Assembly: GCA_951406725.2 (NCBI GenBank)
Contig: OX597839.1
Span: 14,570,001 to 14,634,000 of the forward strand
Direction of reading: 5' to 3'
From: Octopus vulgaris
Lineage: Eukaryota
DNA: 64,000 nucleotides
A model generated the notes under the pieces. The model ran no database searches. It was not told the DNA's origin and worked only from the letters and a program-made list of their open reading frames with translations. The position numbers were made by a program, and so were the translations under genes. Shown here piece by piece: positions 1-14,543 of this stretch; the stretch's first letter is position 1, and every line of letters begins with the position of its first letter.

Positions 1-1240
1 CCATAAAAACTCATGTAATTTGCACACCTGTGTTATTTAAGCAGGTGATCTTCAGGGTAAAAATTGTTAAAAAAAGTTTCTACTCATGTAAAATTTGCAC
101 CCAAAAGTTTTCAGAATTGCTGATATAGCCAGGGAGAAAAAAATTTTTCAATTTAGTTGTATTTAGCATAATTTCATTCACTTATGTTTAGATTTTATTA
201 AATTTTCATTAAATACAAATAATTTCTGTTTAACAGGTATCACTTTGAAAGCTATCAAATTACAAAGTGTTTGTGTATAATAAACTTTATTTTACATTTC
301 TTGCCCACAAGAGATTATGTCCGATCTTTAGCATACTTCTGTATGTCTTCTCAAATCACGATCACAGGAAAAGTTGTTGATAAGAATTACCAACAAAAAC
401 AAAGCTGATAAATACGCACAAGTGTTGCAAAATAAGTTTAATTACCAACCAACATCAGCTTGGATGACACTTTACTCAACCGACAGAGGAAGGTGACCGA
501 TCAAACTGATTATGTAAACAGAATTCTGATTGGTCGAAAGTGTCTTCTTGTCTCAAGCTCTGATTTTCTGCCTATTTTTGTGTGAACTTTTGATATGGTC
601 TATCAAAATTTTAATCCCTTTCGCACTTATAAAATGTTAAGCAAACTTTAAAATTTATCATTATTGTTTTAGCCGGGAGACCAAACTGATAGTTTGGTAA
701 CCCACTTACCTCCCCTCTCTTGCTCTGACACTTACTTCCTCTCTTCACTCCTACCTACCTTCTCCCTTCATCGCCACCCCCTCTTTTGTTACCCCACCTA
801 CCCCATTCCTTACACCCCACACACACCAGCACTGACCACTTCCCAGTACCCACACCATCATCCACACACCTACACATGCACACACGCACATGTCAAGGTC
901 ACCAGCCCCTTTCCACATGCACACCATTTTGGGATCACTACTACTTTATTATCTCCCTTTCTTCCTAGCTCTCCTGTGTGACCCCTCTGTCTAATATTCG
1001 CCATGATACATCACTAGTCACTAAACCTTTTTTATTTTCTCTCTCTGCTTATTTCTGTGTTCCTTTCTGTCAAAGAGCATAGGCTCAAAACGTAAAAGAC
1101 TTTCTCACTTTCTGAGTGTTAAACTAATACATCTGTTTGTTGTTTACACACCCGTCTTCGTCTTTTGTTGTTTTATTTTGTGAATTCTCATTATATATAT
1201 ATATAGGTAGATAGATGATAGATAGATAGATATGTGTATG

Positions 1241-1286
<46 letters not shown>

Positions 1287-1364
1287 CATATACACACACA
1301 CATACACACACACACTTCAATGATTTTTAAAATTCCAGTTGGCTAGTTATCTCTAAGGTCTTAC

Positions 1365-1488
1365 CGTTTCCAGGTGATTGTTGGTGAGGGAATTCCAGCT
1401 GTTGCTCTACATTGGAATAGTGCACTACCACCACTCTGAATGCTCTGGGTTCCTTTTGGATAAAGGTCTATCACAGGCAATTCTCTCC
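1365..1488 (-). CDS. HSPG2: perlecan Ig6, N-half: [40 protein letters not shown]
   Basis: 124 nt; [14 protein letters not shown] motif; next exon lies outside the window. Confidence 0.93.
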
Positions 1489-4400
1489 CTACAAAGATAA
1501 AAGTACAAGGTTTCAGTTAAGATTAACAAAGCAAAATAATAATAGAAAGAAAAAGAGAACAACTGATTAAGGTTATCCATGAAGTGAAATCAAAGCAATG
1601 ATGTATACCACCACTTAAGCAAAAATGCTAGAAGATCAAGCAGAAAACAAATTAAAGGCTCTTACTTTCAACTTCAACAATCACTGATGTCTGAGCAGAA
1701 CCAGCGACATTTCTGGCCTCACAAACATAGATTCCACGGTCTTCAACCATCGTTTCTGTGATTCTTAGAACATTGCCCGAAACCTTGTAAAAAAGAAAGA
1801 AGTATAGAATTTAGAGAATCAGCAAGGTAGTTATCAAAGAAGTAGAGGAACATTGCTAATGTTGTGTCTTGAAAGTTTTAGTAAAATTCTAATCTGGTAT
1901 CTTTGCCACAATAACCTTTGTAGATTTTTATATATTAATCCAGCTTGAGCTACTGGTTTTGCGTAACCCTGTTTTGTTATCCTTGTCTTTTCCAGTTATA
2001 TGGTATGGCTTGTATGGTAAGAAACTTGCTTCCCAATCACATGAATCTGGATTAGGCCCCAATGTGTGAGCCTTGGGCCAACTAAAGCCTTGAGAGTGGA
2101 GTTGATAGATGGAAACTGAAAGAAGCCTGCCATACAGACATACACACACACATATATATATATATGAAGGCTAACTAGGAAAATAGTTTTTGTCTGTGGC
2201 AAATGCTCAGGAGCAATAAACACTGGAAATGTGCAGAGACCAACTTCTGCCACGTTCCAGGGAGACAAACTAGAAGTAGTTGATAGCTTCCGCTACCTAG
2301 GAGACCAAGTCAGTAGCGGGGGTGGGTGTGCTGAAAGTGTAACTGCTAGAGTAAGAATAGCCTGGGCAAAGTTTAGAGAGCTCTTACCCCTGCTGGTGAC
2401 AAAAGGCCTCTCGCTCAGAGTAAAAGGCAGACTGTATGATGCATGTGTACGTACAGCCATGCTACATGGTAGTGAAACATGGGCCGTGACTGCTGAGGAT
2501 ATGCGTAAGCTTGCAAGAAATGAAGCCAGTATGCTCCGATGGATGTGTAATGTCAGTGTTCATAATCGTCAGAGTGTAAGTTCCTTGAGAGAAAAGTTGA
2601 ACCTAAGAAGCGTCAGTTGTGGTGTGCAAGAGAGACGGCTGCGCTGGTATGGTCATGTGACGAGAAAGGCTGAAGATAGTTGTGTGCAAAAGTGCTACAC
2701 CCTAGCAGTTGAGGGAACCTGTAGAAGAGGTAGACCCAGGAAAACCTGGGACGAGGTGGTGAAGCACGACCTTCGAACTTTAGGTCTCACTAAGGAAATG
2801 TCTAGAGACCGAGACCTATGGAAGTATGCTGTGCGTGAGAAGACCCGGCAAGACTAGTCAGGCCATAACCCGTGGCCCCTACCTGGGACGTAGTCAGTCC
2901 ACCTGTGCATACCTTCCTTCTTGTGACACTTATGAAGACCTGTTGAGGCAAGTGAAAATCAAATCTTGTATTCTTTGTGGTACCAGTGCCGGTGGCACAC
3001 AAGAAAACCACCCGAACGTGGCCGTAGCCAGTACCGCATCGACTGGCCTCCGTGCTGTGGGCACAACAAACACCATCCGATCGTGGCCGTTCGCCAGCCT
3101 CATCTGGCACCTGTGTCGGTGGCACATAAAAACACCATCCGAAGACCCGGCGACGTAGTCAGTCCACCTGTGCATACCTTCCTTCTTATGACACTTGTGA
3201 AGACCTGTTGAGGCAAGTGTGTGACACTTGTGAAGACCTGTTGAGGCAGAGGCAAGTGTGTGACACTTTGTGAAGACCTGTTGAGGCAGAGGCAAGTGTG
3301 TGACACTTGTGGAGACCTGTTGAGGCAAGTGTGTGACACGTGTGACACTTGTGAAGACCTGTTGAGGCAAGTGAAAATCAAACCAAATCAAAATAGATGA
3401 ACATCAATGGAATTTGTATCTTTGTGGTTCCAGTACCCGTGGCACACAAGAAAACCATCCGAACGTGGCCGTAGCCAGTACCGCATCGACTGGCCTCCGT
3501 GCTGTGGGCACAACAAACACCATCTGATCGTGGCCGTTCGCCAGCCTCATCTGGCACCTGTGTCGGTGGCACATAAAAACACCATCCGAAGACCCGGCGA
3601 CGTAGTCAGTCCACCTGTGCATACCTTCCTTCTTATGACACTTGTGAAGACCTGTTGAGGCAAGTGTGTGACACTTGTTGAGGCAAGTGTGTGACACTTG
3701 TGAAGACCTGTTGAGGCAGAGGCAAGTGTGTGACACTTGTGAAGACCTGTTGAGACAAGTGAAAATCAAATCAAACCAAATCAAAATAGATGAACATCAA
3801 TGGAATTTGTATCTTTGTGGTACCAGTACCGGTGGCACACAAGAAAACCATCCGAACGTGGCCGTAGCCAGTACCGCATCGACTGGCCTCTGTGATGTGG
3901 GCACATAACAAACACCATCCGATCGTGGTGGCCCCTACCTGGGAGTCCACCTGTGCATACCTTCCTTCTTGTGACACTTGTGAAGACCTGTTGAGGCAAG
4001 TGAAAATCAACAAATCAACAAATCAAAAAATCAAAACAAATGAACATCAATGGAATCTGTATCTCTGTGGTACCAGTGCCGGTGGCACACAAGAAAACCA
4101 TTCGAACGTGGCTGTAGCCAGTACCGCATCGACTGGCCTCCGTGCTGTGGGCACATAACAAATGCCATCCGATCGTGGCCGTTCGCCAGCCTCATCTGGC
4201 ACCTGTCCGAAGACCCGGCAAGACTAGTCAGGCCATAGCCCGTGGCCCCTTCCTGGGACGTAGTCAGTCCACCTGTGCATACCTTCCTTCTTATGACACT
4301 TGTGAAGACCTGTTGAGGCAAGTGCTAATCTAATCAAATCAAATGACACTTGTGAAGACCTGTTGAGGCAAGTGATAATAATAATAATAATCATAATCAA

Positions 4401-7400
4401 ATCCAATCAAAACAAATCAAAATAGATGAACATCAATGGAATTTGTATCTTTGTGGTACCAATGCCGGTGGCACACAAGAAAACCATCCGAACGTGGCGG
4501 TAGCCAGTACCACATCGTGCTGTGGGCACGTAACAAACACCATCCGATTGTGGCCGTTCGCCAGCCTCATCTGGCACCTGTGTTGGTGGCACATAAAAAC
4601 ACCATCCAAAGACCCGGCAAGGCTAGTCAGGCCATAACCCGTGGCCCCTACCTGGGACGTAGTCAGTCTACCTGTGCATACCTTCCTTCTTATGACACTT
4701 GTGAAGACCTGTTGAGGCAAGTATGTGACACTTGTGAAGACCTGTTGAGGCAAGTGAAAATCAAACCAAATCAAAATAGATGAACATCAATGGAATTTGT
4801 ATCTTTGTGGTACCAGTGCCGGTGGCACACAAGAAAACCATCCGAACGTGGCCGTAGCCAGTACCGCATCGACTGGCCTCCGTGCTGTGGGCACGTAACA
4901 AACACCATCCGATCGTGGGCGTTCGCCAGCCTCATCTGGCACTTGTGTCGGTGGCACATAAAAACACCATCCGAGCGTGGCCGTCTGCCAGCCTCGTCTG
5001 GCACCTGTGTCGGTGGCACATAAAAAAAAAAAAAAAAAAAAAAAAAACACCATCCGAGCGTGGCCGTTCGCCAGCCTCGTCTGGCACCTGTGTCGGTGGC
5101 ACATAAAATCACCCACTACACTCTCGGAGTGGTTGGCGTTAGGAAGGGCATCCAGCTGTAGAAACACTGCCAGATCTGACTGGCCTGGTGCAGCCTTCGG
5201 GCTCCCCAGACTCCAGTTGAACCGTCCAACCCATGCTAGCATGGAAAGCGGACGTTAAATGAGGATGATGATGATGATGATATATAGGCCCTGTGTGTGT
5301 GTCATTGTATCTGTGTCCCCATCACTGACTGACAATTGGTGTTGTTTTGTTTATGTCCATAATTTAGCGGTTCAGCAAAAGAGACTGACAGGATAAGTAC
5401 CAGGTTTAAAGATAAGTAGTGGGGTCATTTAGTTCAACTAAACCTTTGAAAGTGATGCTCCAGTATGGTCGCAGTCCAATGACTGAAACAATTAAAAAAT
5501 AAAAGGAAGATAAAGAATCCTACTTAGGTTGCTGAATCAAAGAAACCTTTGACATTTAACTGTTATATGACATTTCAGTATAATCCTACATGAATCAGTG
5601 CAAAGTTTACTTTGTTTTTTTTTTATATCTTGATAGTTCCAGCAACTGAGTTCTTCAGTCAACATAATTTTGATTTTTGGTACTAAATTTTGGTTATTTG
5701 AACACAGTAACTGCTTTATGACTCTTAGTCAACATAGCATGGAACTTTATCATTCAAATATCTTGATTACTTAAAGATATTCCTGTTTCAGGTCACCAGG
5801 TCACCATTACACTAGCATTCCTTTCTATTTTAGTGATTTTTTTTTTTAGCCTAATCAAGTTAAGGACGCTTGGATCAATTTATTATTACTTGTTTCAGTC
5901 ATTGAACAATGGCCATGGTTGGGCGGCAGCTCTGAGAGTTTTACTTGATTACATTGACTCCAGGATTTGTTTCAAAAGAAAATTTGTTTTTTTTATAAAA
6001 AAAATATTAACCTGGTGGTGGTCTGACAACTGATTTCTTGATTTGGTCCATATGACTGTTGGTAATGGGCTTCCAGTCACAATACACCGTAGGGTGCCGG
6101 TAGTACCTTGAGGGATGGTAACCATTCTGTCTGGCTCAATGCGTGCAGTTGGACGGACATCTAGAAAAAGATAAGATGATGGTAACAAGTGACTTAGTTG
6201 AAACTATCTCTGGACAATCCATGCAATTATTGATTTCTAACGTATGTGATAAGTCTCAAAGATGAAAGACGAGTCTAGGCAACTACTTTGATCCAATTAT
6301 TCAACTAGTATTTATTTTATAGAGCCCTACAAGGAGGTTGAAGGGCAAAGTCAATCCAGTCTGATTTGAATTCAGAGTATAAAAGCATGCAACTAAATAA
6401 TACAAGGAATTTTGTCCCCCACTTTGCTGATTCTTTCCATGTACTACACTGTAAATATTGGTATCAAATTTTAGCACAAGGCCAGGAGGTTTGGGGGAGG
6501 TGCCAAGTCAATTAAATTAACCCCAGTGCTCAATTTGTACTTATTTTATCAACCCTAAAAGGATGATAAGCAAAGTCAACCTTGCTGGAATTTGAACTCA
6601 GAACATAGAGATGAACAAAATGCCACCAAGCATCTTGCCCAGTATGCAAATAATACTACACTGTAAACATTAACAGACACAGTCATCTGTTATGTTTTGG
6701 ATTGACTCATGAGGTTGTAGACAGGTATTCTCAAAGATGATTTGGAGCCTGGCGCTTAGGAGAAAGGTTTTACTTCAGTTCATAGTATCACAATAATATG
6801 CATCATTTGTTTTATAGTGTCAATCCAATCCTGGCTGATTCAGACCATTTGTAACTCACTTATTCTAACTGACTGACCTTATTGCCTCAATCTGAGTTGG
6901 TTAAATCATACCAAACTATGACCGATTGATGCACTACACTAGTGCGTGTGTATGCCTTTGTGGCTTAGTGCAACGCATGCCCTTGTCTTTGTGTTCCAAA
7001 ACAATTTTTTTTTTACCACAAGGAAACTTCTAAAGAGCTAGTAGTGAGATGTAATAGTTTTAGTGTCTTATTCACTGTACCAAAACTGTTTCTAGTAAAA
7101 CATCTTTTTTAATATTCCTACTTAATTAACCCTTTCATTACCAAACCGCCCAAAGCCGCCCGAAAAAAATTTTGGTTAACGTGACCAAACCGCCCAAAGC
7201 CGCCAGAATTTACCTATTCATATTTAAATGAGAATATCAGAGCAAATCTCTTTAGTACATTCGTGAAAACACGTATTATACTTCGTAAACAGTTCAACTA
7301 CAGTTTTGTACAATAATCGAAGTGTAATTTTAATTCCGTGAATTTTGGGAGATTTTTTCCCTAAATTTGTTCCTATTGTGTTTTCAAAATTTGTAATTCT

Positions 7401-10400
7401 GACAAAAAATGGATACGAATTTCATTATATCAAGCAGCGAGTCAGAATTCGAAGGATTTTCTACTGAAGACCTTGATAAATCTAACTATGACTGAAAAAA
7501 AAAAAAAGCACGTGGTATTTGATAATGAATCTGATGTTTCATTTTCCGAAAGTGAAAACTGTGAATCCGAGATCACCGACAGCGATAAAGAAAATGAATT
7601 GGCACCTGAATGGAGTGAAAATTTAAAAACTGTTTCTTTCGGTGATTTTTCTGAAGAAACTGGACCAAGCCACTGACTTTCCCAGGAGAGTAAAGCCTTA
7701 GGCTATTTCTACTTACTTTTTCGATTGAGCCTATTTGAAATCATTACGGCGGAAACGAACCGTTACGCTAAACGTAAACAAAGCGAAAGAAACGATAGTT
7801 TGTGGTTTCCCACAACCTTAAATGAAATTAAGACTATTTTGCCATAAATATTATTATGGGTATCAGAAAGTTACCCAGAATAACAAATTCTATCGTAAAA
7901 TTTTGTTGTATACCCAATTGAATATTAGCTAATAACCCATTTTCTATAGCGATGTTTGAACAAAATTTTTATAATTTTATATTTTGTTGAATTTACCTGT
8001 ATCTACCTGCAATTAGTCACTTTGTGACAAAAATTATAGTATAGAATTGGTTGAGAACATTTCATTAAATTATCTTCCAAAAATCAGATTAATATATCGA
8101 TAAATAAAAAAGTTATAGTTGTTTAATGAAACCAGACTAAATTTATGATTGCGTTAGAAATTAACTGAAACACATAAGGGGTGTAATTTGGTCAGAAATA
8201 TAGTAACGAAAGGGTTAAGCTAAAAGCTTTATATTAAGTTACATCCCAGACACCCACTTAATTATGCAAGAGTTATCTTATTAAATTGCTCCAAATATTC
8301 ATAATTAACTGGGAAATATAAGAAGTGGATTTCATTAGAAATGTGGTCCCAAAAGTATGAGAGTCACAAAAAAAAAAAACAACAAAATATGATGATGATG
8401 ATGATAACAAGAATAATAAAAATCCTTTCTACTATAGGCACAAGGCCTGAAATTTTGGGAAAACAGGATAATTGATTAGATCCACCCTGTGTTTTACTGG
8501 TACTTAATTTATTGACCCCGAAAGGATGAAAGGCAAAGTTGACTTCGGTGGAATTTGAACTCAGAATGTAGTGACAGGAGAAATACTGCTAAGTATTTCG
8601 TCCAGCGTGCTAACAATTCTGCCAGCTTGCCGCCTTAAATAATAATAATAATCCTTTCTACTATAGGCACAAGGCCTGAAAATTTGGGGATGGGGGACTA
8701 ATCAATTACATCAACCCCAGTGCTTCACAGGTGCTTAATTTATCGACCCCCGAAAGGATGACAGGCAAGTCGACTTTGGCAGAATTTGAACTCAGAATGT
8801 AGCAGCAGAGGAAATACCGCAAAGCATTGCATCCAGCATGCTAACAATTCTGCCAGTTTGCCACTTTAAATAATAATAATGATACAAGCAGTAGCACAAC
8901 AAAAGACTGCCCCACATCACAAGAGAGAAAAAAAAATGCAATATAATACCGAGAAGAGTCTGCACACTCCCAACAGCAGAAAAGAACATGCATCATCATC
9001 ATCATCATTGTTCGACCGTGGTCGAGACAATGGAATTTACCATGTTGCGCCAGACTTCACGGTCCATCATAGCATTACGGAGGTCTTGTTGCTGGATGCC
9101 TGTATCCCTGGAGATTACATCAGGGTAGGAGAGTATGCGCCCTCTGGTGTTGCGAGTAGATGGCTTCCAGAGGAGAAGAGTAGAAATTACTTCTTTTTCA
9201 GCTCTACAACAATGTCCAGCAAACTGGACTCTCCTACCCTTCACAAGAGATGACACAGGTGGTAATTTCCCATATATTTGCATTTTAGTTGGATGGCGCC
9301 TCCACGAGAGATTTTGAGCTCTCATAAGGAGGCGAGTGTAGGTTCCATCCAACCGCCTCTCAAGCTTCTTTGATAACGTCCAGGTTTCTGAGCCATATAG
9401 TAGGATTGGTTCGACTGTGGCTTTGAATATTTCAAGTTTGAAGTCTCTACTTAGATTTGATGACCAGATCTTATGCATGTCATTACAGGCTGACCAGGCC
9501 ATACCCTTTCTAGTTAGAAAGTCTTTTCCAGATGATGATATGTATGACCCAAGATATTTATAATCAGAAACCATATTTAAAGGTGCACTGTTGAGAGTGT
9601 GGATGATGCAATCACTGTTGGACAGGCACTTGTTTATGTATTCAGTTTTGGTCTCATTAAGGTAAAGACCTACACAATTTGAGGCTTGTTCAAGAGATTG
9701 TAAAAGAGACTGGGCATTGGAGAGAGAATCACTGATAAGAGCGATGTCGTCAGCAAAGTCAGTGTCTGTCAAGTACTCAGCTGGGTGTCTGGAACTTCTT
9801 CTTGGTTTTATTTCAAAGCCCTTGCCAGAGATGGTATCAACTGACATACGTAGCACATAAACATGCAATGCTGCACACATCCCAGCAACATGGAAGTGTA
9901 GCAGGTGATGCAGTAGAAATTTGCCTCAAACTAATAAATGTTAAACAATTATATAATAATAATAATAATAATAATAACAACATCATCAACAATTATAAAA
10001 ACAAAATATACTTTACATACTTGAATCTGTAGTTGTTATGGTCACCACGACAGTACTTGATCCTGATCTGCCAGTATCACTGGTACCACTACAGACGTAC
10101 ACGCCAGAGTCTGATGACTTCGCATAAGGAATTGTAAGGACACCATTCCTCTGAGAAGATCCTACAAAATTTAACACAAAAATTATTTTAATTTTGTATT
10201 TCCAGTTTTTTTTAAAAGCTTCAGTTATCCACACATACATGTAATGTACATTATACTATACTATATACATATATATACATATATATACACACATACACAT
10301 ATATATGTAAATATATATATATATATATATATACTAGCAAATGCACCCATCCTTTGGATGGTTTAAGTTGCTTCGGTGGTATTTTTTTCATCAAATAATT

Positions 10401-13400
10401 AAACTACCAAGAAGGTTTAAGAGTAGCACAGCAATGTATGTTTCCGATTGACCTAGGAAAATCAAATTGAAAGCCGGTTATTGTTGGAGGTCATTGCACT
10501 TTAATGATCAAGCAATGCAAAGTAGAGCTACTAAAGTGTTTTGGGAGTAGATTACAGATAATGACTACAAAATATAGTTGTTTTACATGAAATTTCTTGT
10601 TAGGAACAGCCACATAAATGGGGCGATGGGCAGAGTTATGATGTAAGTATGCGCTAAAACACCTCATAACTTTTTTATTTTTATGAATTTTTACAAAATT
10701 TTTACAATTGTCTTCTGCATTATGGAATTAATATGATTATGCAAAAAACCACACATTTAAAAAAAATTTCACCCCACCCATTTTTTTTTAAATTCATGGT
10801 TTAAAAATATGGACAGTCTATTTATAGACTCTTTATAATTTTCAAATAATTTTCTATTACTTTTATGGAGAAAAAGTCAATTGATGGTCCTCACACTTTT
10901 CCACATAATCCTGGGCTTTATATGTGAAATGCCAATGATACACTGCATGTCCATCAACAATATTAGCAGACAGACAGCTGTCCAGTGGTATGACATATAG
11001 TCCAGGTAGATGAAAGCCTTCTTTTTAAGAAGAAAAATGAAGTGGGAAGAGTGGTGAAGAAGTTTTGGATAAAAGTAAAAAAAGTTATGACGGATTTTAG
11101 CATGTGCTTACATCATAACTTTGCTGTGTAATGAAAGAAGACGTTGAAACTTCCCCTCTGCGAGCTTATTTTTTTCAACAGCAAAGGGAGATATTTTTTT
11201 TGGAGAGATAAGCTAATAAAAGCCCCTTTATTCTGTCTTCCCACACAGCTTGCGCATAAACTAACAGCGAATGCTGCATAAAGTTAAATTGGTATGGAGC
11301 TTTCTGAAAGATACATAGATATATATGCATGCATGTATATGTATATGCATATATGTGTGTATATATATGTATATAATCTATATACCATACATGCTTGTAT
11401 AAAATGAATGTGTAACAAATTATGTCTTATACACACATGCAAACACACACTGGCTGACAGTGTTCTTACCTGCTGGTAGTGGTCCACTTTGCTTGCTCCA
11501 TACCAAATTGATCAGATTACCACGTTGCTCAACATAACAGACCAACTGAATACTTTCGCCGACAGTTTTGACTACAGATTCTTGTCGGATAATAATTTGT
11601 AATGTTGGACGACCTGCAATTTAAAAATAAGCTTAGTTTTAGGCTTGAAAGAAATAAAAATATAAAATGGACATTCATAAGATTAATATATTTTTATTAT
11701 TGACCTCATGATTCAAGGTGTAAGATATTTTTCAGTTTGTTATCTTAATCACTATCAATTAATGCTGTGGTTCTCAGCCAGGATTGCATGGAATTTTGTC
11801 AGTGGATAGGTTGCGATCTCAAAGCAACGAAAATATTTTGGCAGATTAAATTTAAATGTTGAAGTGAATTTAACGGTTTTTGTGTGTTTTTAAATGGCTT
11901 ATGAATATCTTCCACATTGCGATAAGATTTTTTTTAAACATCAAATAGTTAGGAGGGTCCACCTGAGTAAAACAGAAATCAAAGGAATCTAACAAGCTGT
12001 AGGTGCACATCTTTACCTGTCAGCAATCAACAAATCATACCCTACTATTTTCTAGATGATGTAGCCCTAAATAGTCTACAGCATGGACAATGGACATTAA
12101 ATGATGATAATGAAAAGTAAGGATGGCTATAGTTAAAATATCTTTGATCATAAGTCATATTAAAACTGACCTTGAGCTAAACCACAATATCTATATAGAG
12201 TTAGAGGAGCTGAGCTGTCAAGAATCCAATGCAGTGCCAGTAATGTAACAGGGAACCACTAGACTCTTGATTTATTATCCAAAATTCAATTAGCACAATC
12301 AACTGTATTCAAGTCTTTATCAGAAAAAGTAGCCGAATGAAGATATGAGCAGAATTGGTCAGGACTGACAACAACGTATTAAACCTCTCAAAAGACAACT
12401 TAAAGGATTACAATAAAATGGGGATTTATTGCATTGTAACTGACACATCCAATGCATACAAGTATAGAAAAGAAGATATATACATGATGGTGACAGATAT
12501 ACAAATACTCTCCACAAACTGAAATGCCCAACCACATATATATCTTTAAGCCCCATCATATGATGGCTACGAAACAGCTGAGAAGCTAAGCATTGATAAT
12601 TTCTTCCTTTACTATCATATCTAACGATAACATTGTTGGCCACAATGGCCCAACCATTGGCTCAATGTATTTCTGATGGTAAGTGTAACAAGAAATTATC
12701 TGTGTAACACAGTCTGGAGAAGTACTAAGTAAGATATTTTTTTATATGAAGCTATTGATTTTTTTGAGGAGTTCTTGCAGCTATTGGGTGTGAATGTGTG
12801 TGTGTGTGTGTGTGCATATGCCAGCATGGAAGGTGGATGTTAAATGATGTTGATGATGATGATATACATGCACAGTTTCTATCTAATAACTTACACTTAC
12901 AAGGTACTGGTCAAAATGCAGGTAGGTGGACAACACCTGACCAAGGGGCTGTACAATGTGATTGAGCCCAGAAGCTCACGATTGCTGAATGATCTTTTTA
13001 ACCAAACAACTACGTCTACACTTAAGAAATAAACACAGAAATACCTACTTGATGTGACATGTAGTATTCCATTTACTCGGCTTACACCAAATTTGTTGGT
13101 GGCCTCGCAAACGTACACTGCTTCATCATCTTTGGAAACTGATGTGACAGATAGAACTGGTCCTCGGGAAATAAGCTGACCATTTTTATACCATTGAAAA
13201 TCTGGTTGTGGAGAACCTGTTGCTGTGCATAAAAATTCAACAGTTTGGCCAACTACAACAGTCTGTTCTCTTGGTTCAACTTGGGCAGTTGGAGGGAAAG
13301 TATTTGCTGAAGGAAAATAGAATCAAACAGTAAAGGGTAAATGATTTTTTAACAATTTAACAAAGATATGAATACAAATGACTTGCTGAAAATATTATAG

Positions 13401-13442
13401 ATAAAACTTTTCCTAATTATCATTCAACATTAAAATATGACG

Positions 13443-13536
<94 letters not shown>

Positions 13537-14501
13537 TTGTAGTTGTGATACCAGTACCGGTGGCACGTAAGAGAACCATCCGAACGTGGCCGTTGCCAGA
13601 GCCGCCCCAACTGGCCTCCGTGCCGGTGGCACGTAAAAAGCACCATCCAATCATGGCTGTTGCCAGCCTCGTCTGACACCTGTGCTGGTGGCACGTAAAA
13701 AGCACCCACTACAATCATGGAGTGGTTGGTGTTAGGAAGGGCATCCAGCTGTAGGAACACTACCAGATCAGACTGGGCCTGGTGCAGCCTTCTGGCTTCC
13801 CAAACCCCAGTTGAACTGTCCAACCCATGCTAGCATGGAAAGCAGACGCTAAACGATGATGATCATCATCATTCTTTCATTTATTCCTCTTTTTACACGC
13901 ACACACACACACACACACACACACGTATAAAATGATTTTACACTGGAACACAAAGTTTTAAGGGTGTAGAACACAGCTACATCATCAGATATCTGAAGCA
14001 GAGTGAAGAGAATTTAAAAGAATTTCAAAAATGACTTCTCACCATTTAGGTTCAAGTGACATAAAAGATTTTATTATTAGGTACATGTGGTGGATTAGAC
14101 ATCCTGCTGAATTATGAATCAATATATATACATATGCACACACACATATCAGCACCAAGCAGTGTTTATACATAAGCAAACTTTAGGTTAGTTAAAATAT
14201 GTTGTGACATATTTCAACTTCTAAAGGTAAGTTCACTGCAGTTACCGTGGAAAAACATTCTCTCATATGATAAAAAGGTGTAAAAGCACCATATCTGTCC
14301 AGGACTGCTCCCTGTCAGATTCCCAGATGCGTTTCTAGCTCTTTAACCATTATCAACAAAAAAGAGTGAAGGGAGGTAACTCAGGACAGAGTTAAAGCCA
14401 TAGCTTCAGCTAAAACACAATCAACAACATTGATCGAGTTGCACCATTAGACTGCATAAAATATGTTAGACAAACATTTTAACTAACTGAAAGTTTGTGT
14501 G

Positions 14502-14543
<42 letters not shown>

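Noticed and set aside
2860-5100. Regularly spaced ~30-bp repeats resembling a CRISPR array
   Set aside because: Intervening sequences are themselves repeated rather than unique spacers; no cas genes; eukaryotic LINE 3'UTR context
2802-5258. Dense cluster of overlapping ORFs on both strands
   Set aside because: Artefacts of GC-richer tandem repeat units; no domain similarity recognised
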